64,000 nt of DNA from a virus. Numbering within the stretch: the stretch's first letter is position 1; each line of letters starts with the position of its first letter. The translations under genes were made by a program, and so were the position numbers. Shown in pieces: positions 58,056 to 64,000 of the stretch. The notes below the pieces were generated by a model. It was not told where the DNA came from. It was given only the letters and a program-made list of their open reading frames with translations, and did not search any database. The stretch covers positions 1 to 64,000 of IMG/VR virus record IMGVR_UViG_3300020711_000298. One strand, written 5' to 3'.

Positions 58056-58955
58056 ATGATAAAACTAACCAGTATCTTAAAGAGTATAGCAAATAAATCA
58101 ACACTTAATGAGTGTGTTGTAGCAGCTATTAAACTCGGTAATGACAAAATTTTAGCTAAAAATAGAGATCGCGCTTATGATCCTACTATTAAAATTATTC
58201 ATGAGTTAATAGACGATATAGAAGTTTGTTATCTATATGATGAAATTACCGATTACTCTGAAGGTATGAATGAGTATGGTATAGGTATTATAAATGCTTC
58301 ATTAATGGTGGCTGAAGATGAAGCTCAAGGCACTATGCAAAGTAGTGAAAAAAATGATAAGAAAAAAACAGCTTCTCCATCATATGATGGTATGAAAATA
58401 AGACACGCCTTAGCTAACAAAAAATTATCTAAGGCGGTTCGTTCTATAGTATCATACCAAGGTGAAGACCCAAAAGAAGTAGGTATTAAAGGTGAAACTA
58501 TAGTTTCTAATCCTAAATATACCTTTATCGTTGAACTTACAAGTAAACATTTACCTGTAATTACAAAAATGAAACCTGACACTAAAGTAGTAGTACGAAC
58601 AAATCATGGAATACACTATAAAGATGCAGGTTACACTAGTGGACCTAAAAGAGCATCATCTATTTCTAGAAAAGAAATAGCTCAAAAAGAGTTAGAAGAC
58701 ATAAAAAATGAAAATGAAATTCTTCCTGTATTGTCTAAATCTATAACAACAGATAATTACAATAATCCTTATAGAACAGATAATAAATATGGAATGAATA
58801 CAACATCACAAATTAAAATGAATCTAACTCAACTTACTTTTGAACTAGATTATGATGATGAACACAGCAAATTTGAAGGATACGAAAATAAACTCCCAGA
58901 AGGATATGAGCCTAAAATAAAGGTAAGATTTAAACAAACAGAATTACATAAATAA
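58056..58955 (+). CDS. Ntn-hydrolase (C45/C59-like, Cys nucleophile) with 19-aa propeptide
   Basis: C20VVAA...LAKNRDR, EGMNEYGIGI, RTNH. Confidence 0.7.
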   Translation: MIKLTSILKSIANKSTLNECVVAAIKLGNDKILAKNRDRAYDPTIKIIHELIDDIEVCYLYDEITDYSEGMNEYGIGIINASLMVAEDEAQGTMQSSEKNDKKKTASPSYDGMKIRHALANKKLSKAVRSIVSYQGEDPKEVGIKGETIVSNPKYTFIVELTSKHLPVITKMKPDTKVVVRTNHGIHYKDAGYTSGPKRASSISRKEIAQKELEDIKNENEILPVLSKSITTDNYNNPYRTDNKYGMNTTSQIKMNLTQLTFELDYDDEHSKFEGYENKLPEGYEPKIKVRFKQTELHK

Positions 58956-58967
58956 AAAACAAATAAA

Positions 58968-59567
58968 ATGGATTTACAAAAACTAAAAGGACACGTTCCT
59001 GATTCGGTTATTGAAATGTTACCGGATACAATCGCGAAATTTGAATTAAATACACCATTACGCTTAGCACACTTTTTAGCTCAAGCAGGTCATGAATCAG
59101 GTGGTTTTAAAGCATTAAATGAAAACCTAAATTATGGAGCTAAAGGTTTACGTAGCATCTTTGGAAAATATTTTCCTGATGACGCTAAAGCAGCTTTATA
59201 TGAACGTAAACCTGAAAAAATAGCTAACTTAGTTTATGGTAATCGTATGGGTAATGGTCCTGAAACATCAGGTGATGGTTGGAAATTTCATGGTCGTGGA
59301 TTTATTCAATTAACTGGTAAAGAAAATTATGCTGCTTTTAGTAAAGAAATAAATGAAGATTGCGTTACTAATCCAGATTTAATCGCAACTAAATATCCTT
59401 TAGCCTCTGCTGCTTGGTTTTTTCATAAAAATGGATTACATAAAATAGCTGACGAAGGTGCTAACGAAGCAACAGTCACTAAAGTTACTAAAAAAGTAAA
59501 TGGTGGTGTTTTAGGTCTTGAAGATAGACAAAGACACTTTAATGAATACTATTCTTTAATAAAATAA
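58968..59567 (+). CDS. Glycoside hydrolase family 19 endolysin
   Basis: RLAHFLAQAGHESGGF..ENLNY, YGNRMGN, GRGFIQLTGKENY, VNGG..GL.DR. Confidence 0.92.
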   Translation: MDLQKLKGHVPDSVIEMLPDTIAKFELNTPLRLAHFLAQAGHESGGFKALNENLNYGAKGLRSIFGKYFPDDAKAALYERKPEKIANLVYGNRMGNGPETSGDGWKFHGRGFIQLTGKENYAAFSKEINEDCVTNPDLIATKYPLASAAWFFHKNGLHKIADEGANEATVTKVTKKVNGGVLGLEDRQRHFNEYYSLIK

Positions 59568-59572
59568 TAAAT

Positions 59573-59598
59573 AAGGAGCGCCAAAAAGCGCTCCTTTT
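59573..59598 (+). terminator. Intrinsic terminator after endolysin
   Basis: AAGGAGCGC-CAAAAA-GCGCTCCTTTT. Confidence 0.85.
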
Positions 59599-59632
59599 AC
59601 ATATTTATTATCGACTAAAATAACAAAATACG

Positions 59633-60250
59633 ATGATAAATATTACATACATTTATTTGGTTGAAAATTGTTTTGATAATCCTAATAAAGTCTATATAGG
59701 AAAAACAAAAAATAAGTATAAGCGAAAATCAATACATAAAAAAACCTATGGTAAAAATATTGATTATACTATTATAGATCAAATAGATTCATTAAACCAT
59801 AAAGATTGGAAACCTATTGAAACTATGTGGATTCAAAGTTTTATCAGTTGGGGATTTGATGTTCAAAATATCAAAAAAGAAGGAGGAAGTGGTAGTAGCG
59901 AATGGACTAAAGAACAAAAATATAAACAAAAACAAATTTTTAAAAATAGGAATATTACTTGGAAAACAACAGGATCAAAAGGATATAAATGGACAGAAGA
60001 ACAAAAAAATAATAGAAAAGGAAAAGGAATAGGACCTAATCCTTTAATTTCTCTAAAAAAGAAAAATCATCCTAGTAGATCTAAACCAGTATTACAATAT
60101 GATTTAAAAGGTAATTTTATTAAAGAGTGGAAAAGTTGTGCTGAAGCTGGTAGGGTTTTATTTAATGGTAAAAGTCAATGTATTCAAGATTGTGCCGCTG
60201 GTAGACAAAAAATAGGATATAAATTTATTTGGAAATATACAAATTATTAA
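59633..60250 (+). CDS. GIY-YIG homing endonuclease with NUMOD1 tail
   Basis: YIYLV...VYIGKT; E..WI..F..WGF...N...GG; QYDLKGNFIKEW. Confidence 0.8.
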   Translation: MINITYIYLVENCFDNPNKVYIGKTKNKYKRKSIHKKTYGKNIDYTIIDQIDSLNHKDWKPIETMWIQSFISWGFDVQNIKKEGGSGSSEWTKEQKYKQKQIFKNRNITWKTTGSKGYKWTEEQKNNRKGKGIGPNPLISLKKKNHPSRSKPVLQYDLKGNFIKEWKSCAEAGRVLFNGKSQCIQDCAAGRQKIGYKFIWKYTNY

Positions 60251-60261
60251 AATAAAAAATT

Positions 60262-60444
60262 ATGAAATACGTTTTATTATTTATATCGTTTTTAATTACA
60301 TTTTCTTCATGTGTAATGGTAGAACCTCCACATATACAACCTAATGTATATTATGGTGTATCTTATTATCCTAGACCATATTACACACATCATGTTCGTC
60401 ATTATTATAATTGCCAACACAATTACTATAATCACAGACATTAA
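60262..60444 (+). CDS. Small lipoprotein, Tyr/His-rich
   Basis: Lipobox FSSC after a hydrophobic signal. Confidence 0.55.
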   Translation: MKYVLLFISFLITFSSCVMVEPPHIQPNVYYGVSYYPRPYYTHHVRHYYNCQHNYYNHRH

Positions 60445-61346
60445 TGAATAAAATAAAACCCTTTATATTCCCAACAATAGTAGCGCTTTCAGCTTTGTCT
60501 GTAAGCACTTCTGCTGCTTTTTACAGTGTTAGTGGTTTAATTAAATTATTTGCGGGGGCCGCATTTGCTGTGGGTATAATGGCTGGATCTTTAGAAATCG
60601 CCAAACTCGTCACAGCATCATTACTTTACCAATATTGGGGTAAATTAAACAAAGTATTACGTACTTATTTAACAATAGCCGCTATTGTTTTAGTATTAAT
60701 AACTTCGGCTGGTATTTATGGTTTTTTATCTGCTGCTTACCAAACCACAGCAAATAAAGAAGCAATAACAGAACAACGTATTGCTGCTCTAGAAACCAAA
60801 AAACATTTATACGAACAAAACCGCGATAACTATCTCTCAGAAAAGAAATCATTAACACAAAATACTTCCGAGTTACGTTCTGCTTTAACAAATGAAAAAT
60901 TAAAAAGTAAAAAATCATTTGAAAAGCAAATTAATAATATTTCTAAAACAGATGATAGAGTATCTTCCAAATTAGATATATCAAATGACTCTATATTTGC
61001 TCTAAATAATAGAATTTTAGAATTAAAAACCAATAGCTCATCTACTTCAGAACTTGGCCCTTTAAAATATTTAAGTAATCTTACAGGTAAACCAATGGAT
61101 AAAATCATCAACTGGTTATTACTTGTAATAATATTTGTTTTTGATCCTTTAGCTATTGCTTTAGTAATAGCTGCTAATTTTGCTTTTTCTCAAATAAAAA
61201 AAACAGATGAACCATTGTTTGAAGAAAATATAGAAGAAATAAAAGAAATTGAAAATACTCAAATAGAACAAACCATCCCATCTCTTGCAGAAAGTGGATT
61301 AAGTCCTAAAGAATACGCTAAAATTTATCGTAAAAGACCTCATTAA
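60444..61346 (+). CDS. Multi-TM membrane protein with coiled coil
   Basis: Three N-terminal TM segments (LEIAKLV, TSAGIYGFLS), coiled coil, C-terminal TM (IIFVFDPLAI). Confidence 0.7.
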   Translation: MNKIKPFIFPTIVALSALSVSTSAAFYSVSGLIKLFAGAAFAVGIMAGSLEIAKLVTASLLYQYWGKLNKVLRTYLTIAAIVLVLITSAGIYGFLSAAYQTTANKEAITEQRIAALETKKHLYEQNRDNYLSEKKSLTQNTSELRSALTNEKLKSKKSFEKQINNISKTDDRVSSKLDISNDSIFALNNRILELKTNSSSTSELGPLKYLSNLTGKPMDKIINWLLLVIIFVFDPLAIALVIAANFAFSQIKKTDEPLFEENIEEIKEIENTQIEQTIPSLAESGLSPKEYAKIYRKRPH

Positions 61347-61349
61347 AAG

Positions 61350-61381
61350 TTTGGTTTTTTAAATAGTTTTAAATATATTTA
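61350..61381 (+). promoter_or_regulatory. Bacteroidota-type -33/-7 promoter
   Basis: TTTG-N20-TATATTTA. Confidence 0.65.
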
Positions 61382-61399
61382 TAGAAAATAATAATTGTT

Positions 61400-62200
61400 A
61401 TGTTTAAAAAAATAAAAGTTTTCCATGAAGTTCCTTTTGAACTATTAGAATTAAGTATAGATTTTACAGATGGAGATTATTGTTTACCTCATTTGTTAGA
61501 CCAAAACGAAACATATAGGAATTATTTTTATAAGGCTAAAACAAAAAGTCGTTATATTATAATGGATAATTCCTTACATGAATTAGGTACTGCTTACAAT
61601 ACAGATCGTTTATTATATTGGATAAATGAATTAAAACCAAATGAATTTATTGTTCCTGATGTTTGGGAAAATAAAACTCAATCAATCATTAATGCTAGAA
61701 AATGGGCTAGTATTCAATTACCTGAAGAAATAACTAAAGTAGCTGTTGTACAATTTAATTTTATAACAGATGCTATTGAATGTTACCAAACATATAAAGA
61801 TCTAGGTTATAAAAAGATAGCATTTTCATATGGTGCTTCTTGCTATAACCTAATTTCATCTCATCCAAATAAAGATATGGGTAAAGCATTAGGTAGAATT
61901 GAATTAATATCTAAACTTTATAAAAATAGAATAATATCATCAACCGACAGAGTACATTTATTAGGATGTGCTGTACCACAAGAATTTGGTTGGTATGATG
62001 GTATGCCTTTTATTGAAAGTATCGATACATCAAACCCAGTTATGGCTGGTATCGAAGGAAAATATTATACAGCTAAAGGTTTAACTACTAAACCTATGGT
62101 TAATATGAATATGGTTCAAGATGAAGAAATAGATAAAGATATAATTGATATTATAAAAACAAATATCAATTTATTTAGATTTGTAAACAATTTAAAATAA
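61400..62200 (+). CDS. TGT-fold protein, candidate DpdA-like DNA 7-deazaguanine transglycosylase
   Basis: IMDNS, VPDV, AVVQ, VHLLG, SIDTS match TGT-barrel motif order; clustered with queC and queD. Confidence 0.6.
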   Translation: MFKKIKVFHEVPFELLELSIDFTDGDYCLPHLLDQNETYRNYFYKAKTKSRYIIMDNSLHELGTAYNTDRLLYWINELKPNEFIVPDVWENKTQSIINARKWASIQLPEEITKVAVVQFNFITDAIECYQTYKDLGYKKIAFSYGASCYNLISSHPNKDMGKALGRIELISKLYKNRIISSTDRVHLLGCAVPQEFGWYDGMPFIESIDTSNPVMAGIEGKYYTAKGLTTKPMVNMNMVQDEEIDKDIIDIIKTNINLFRFVNNLK

Positions 62201-62204
62201 AAAT

Positions 62205-62492
62205 ATGATGTTAAAATTTGACACATACTGTGATCATTGTCAAGAAATAGACTTAGATATGGATGATGTATACTGTTCTATGGATAGTTATGAATGTCAA
62301 GAAATGGCAGATTTACTATATGAAGAAGGTTATATAGCCAGAAAAGATGATTCATTAGAAAAACAATTAGAAAATTTAAGAGGAATTACTGGTAGTGAAT
62401 TTAAAAATGCTATATTAAAACTAGCTACTAATTATTACCAACTAACACCAACCGAAACAGACATTATAATTACATTAACAAAAAAATTTTAA
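62205..62492 (+). CDS. Hypothetical acidic protein
   Basis: 95 aa ORF with CxxC. Confidence 0.5.
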   Translation: MMLKFDTYCDHCQEIDLDMDDVYCSMDSYECQEMADLLYEEGYIARKDDSLEKQLENLRGITGSEFKNAILKLATNYYQLTPTETDIIITLTKKF

Positions 62493-62493
62493 T

Positions 62494-63387
62494 ATGAAAA
62501 AACAAGTAGTAATATCATTATCAGGGGGTATGGATTCAAGTACTCTACTCCTACATTACCTATCATCCGGTTACCAATGTACTTGTATCTCATTTGATTA
62601 TGGTCAAAAACATAAAGTTGAATTAGAGCGAGCAACTGAATTAGTACACTATATAAACAGTAATATATCAAACAATGTTAAACATCAGATTATCAAATTA
62701 GATGGTTTAGCTCAATTATTAAATTCATCATTAGTAGAAGGTGGAGAAGATGTTCCTGAAGGCCACTATGCTGAAGAAAACATGAAAGCAACTGTAGTAC
62801 CAAATCGCAATAAAATATTTGGTAGTATTGCTCAAGCAATAGCATTATCTATTGCTACTCAAACAAATAATGAATGTAAAATTGCTTTAGGTATTCATGC
62901 TGGAGACCATAGTATTTATCCTGATTGTAGACAAGAGTTTAGAGATGCTGATTATAAAGCATTTTTGTTAGGAAATTGGGATTCACATTTAGTAACATAC
63001 GATGCTCCCTTTTTACAAGTTGATAAATTTGATATTTTAAAACATGGATTAGAATGTTGTGAGCAATTAGGTTTAGATTTTGATGAAGTATATAAACGTA
63101 CTAACACAAGCTATAAACCAATTTTAATTGAAACTAAAGCATCTTTAGGAACAATAGAATTTGAGCATGGTGGGATAATCCATAAACTCCCACAAGAAGC
63201 AACAGTATACGGCACTTGGTACTCAGACTACAAATCAGGATCTTCAATAGAAAGAATATTAGCTTTTATTAAGTTAGGTCACCCTGATCCAGTAGAGTAT
63301 GCTGATGAAACTGGCCCTGTATCTTGGGATGTAGCTAAAACACACGCTGAAAAAATAGAAAAAATACATGGCAAAACACTCCAGTAA
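62494..63387 (+). CDS. queC: 7-cyano-7-deazaguanine synthase
   Basis: SLSGGMDS, FDYGQKH..E, VPNRN, GIHAGDH..YPDCR. Confidence 0.92.
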   Translation: MKKQVVISLSGGMDSSTLLLHYLSSGYQCTCISFDYGQKHKVELERATELVHYINSNISNNVKHQIIKLDGLAQLLNSSLVEGGEDVPEGHYAEENMKATVVPNRNKIFGSIAQAIALSIATQTNNECKIALGIHAGDHSIYPDCRQEFRDADYKAFLLGNWDSHLVTYDAPFLQVDKFDILKHGLECCEQLGLDFDEVYKRTNTSYKPILIETKASLGTIEFEHGGIIHKLPQEATVYGTWYSDYKSGSSIERILAFIKLGHPDPVEYADETGPVSWDVAKTHAEKIEKIHGKTLQ

Positions 63388-63543
63388 TCCAATATGATCT
63401 TCAAGGTAATTTTATAAAAGAATGGAATTCGCAAAAAGAAGCATCTATTTTTTTAAAAACTAAAGGTGATGGGGTTGGAGCCTGTTGTAGAGGAAAACAA
63501 AAATCTGCTTATGGGTTTATTTGGAAATTTAAAACAAATTAAT
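63368..63543 (+). pseudogene. NUMOD1 remnant of a deleted homing endonuclease
   Basis: Start-less frame PVIQYDLQGNFIKEWNSQKEA...CCRGKQKSAYGFIWKF; out-of-frame ATG at 63368. Confidence 0.7.
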
Positions 63544-63563
63544 TATATTTAAAATAAAAAATT

Positions 63564-63809
63564 ATGAGACAATTATTCTTTTTTCATGCTTCATGGTGTC
63601 AACCGTGTAAAGCCTTTAGTCCTATAATGGACCAAATTTCAAAACAAATCCCCGTGAAAAAAATCAACATCGATTACGAACCTGATGTAACAACTAAATA
63701 TAATGTTACAAGTATTCCTACTGTAATATTAGTAGAAAATGGTCAAGAATCTCGTAGATTCACAGGTGTTAAATCCTATAATGATGTTTTAAACTTTATA
63801 AATCAATAA
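63564..63809 (+). CDS. trxA: Thioredoxin
   Basis: WCQPCK, SIPT. Confidence 0.9.
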   Translation: MRQLFFFHASWCQPCKAFSPIMDQISKQIPVKKINIDYEPDVTTKYNVTSIPTVILVENGQESRRFTGVKSYNDVLNFINQ

Positions 63810-63810
63810 T

Positions 63811-64000
63811 ATGGGAAGATATATCTCAACAAAAACATTCGACAATTACTCTGTAGCCATCAGACAATGGAAAGCACAACACTCACACTGTCAGCTACTC
63901 CACGGTTATGGAATTTATTTTAAAGTATGGTTTGCCTCAAATGAACCAATGGAAGAAAATCAATTAGACGATATGAATTGGATTGTTGATTTCGGTGGCT
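63811..64000 (+). CDS. queD: 6-carboxytetrahydropterin synthase (partial, runs off the window)
   Basis: Hand translation MGRYISTKTF...HSHCQLLHGY...WIVDFGG. Confidence 0.85.
   Translation, partial: MGRYISTKTFDNYSVAIRQWKAQHSHCQLLHGYGIYFKVWFASNEPMEENQLDDMNWIVDFGG

Noticed and set aside
60262-61346. Spanin pair
   Set aside because: The lipoprotein precedes a four-TM protein; topology and order do not fit i-spanin/o-spanin, so no call was made.
265-62671. Minus-strand and nested short ORFs in the six-frame track (e.g. 5332-5616, 16107-16448, 50690-51097, 55212-55544, 57092-57349, 59817-60032)
   Set aside because: They lie inside or across well-supported + strand genes, have no recognisable motifs, and read as antisense or off-frame shadows.
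1-64000. Stop-codon reassignment
   Set aside because: Genes are full length under the standard code, and TAA, TAG and TGA all end genes.
1-64000. tRNA or rRNA genes
   Set aside because: No cloverleaf with a T-loop consensus seen in the short intergenic spaces; checked by eye only.

Overview
This 64 kb window is an AT-rich segment of a large T4-like myovirus genome with all credible genes on the + strand. The host is very likely a Bacteroidota/Flavobacteriia cell: there are seven TTG-N20-TAnnTTTA host-type promoters, A-rich starts without Shine-Dalgarno sequences, a T9SS C-terminal sorting domain, and Gln directly after signal peptides. Gene order: (1) 0.1-8.6 kb accessory genes (GIY-YIG endonucleases, DenV-like glycosylase, FAD oxidoreductase, vWA-metallopeptidase plus AAA ATPase, DUF6884-like protein, P-loop kinase); (2) 8.6-43.7 kb virion module (terminase, portal, internal/core proteins, protease, scaffold, major capsid, PhoH, neck, SASYA-repeat fibres, sheath, tube, tail chaperone with a probable +1/-2 frameshift, tape measure, baseplate); (3) 43.7-51.9 kb replication (compact family A polymerase, SSB, RecA/UvsX, 5'-3' exonuclease, DnaB-like helicase, class II RNR); (4) 52.0-57.7 kb, a six-gene cassette of exported proteins behind a putative late promoter (T9SS cargo with cohesin and dockerin-like domains, CsgG-like proteins, a beta-barrel, a PA14/dockerin-like lectin), which is the best candidate for an undescribed system; (5) a lysis region; (6) the start of a 7-deazaguanine DNA-modification cluster (TGT/DpdA-like, QueC, QueD). 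Other notable signals are a [ST][GA]S motif concentrated in exposed virion proteins, T4-like capsid-targeting and protease-processed internal proteins, several structured intergenic RNAs, and three internally deleted gene remnants. All product calls come from recognising motifs by eye; no database search was run.
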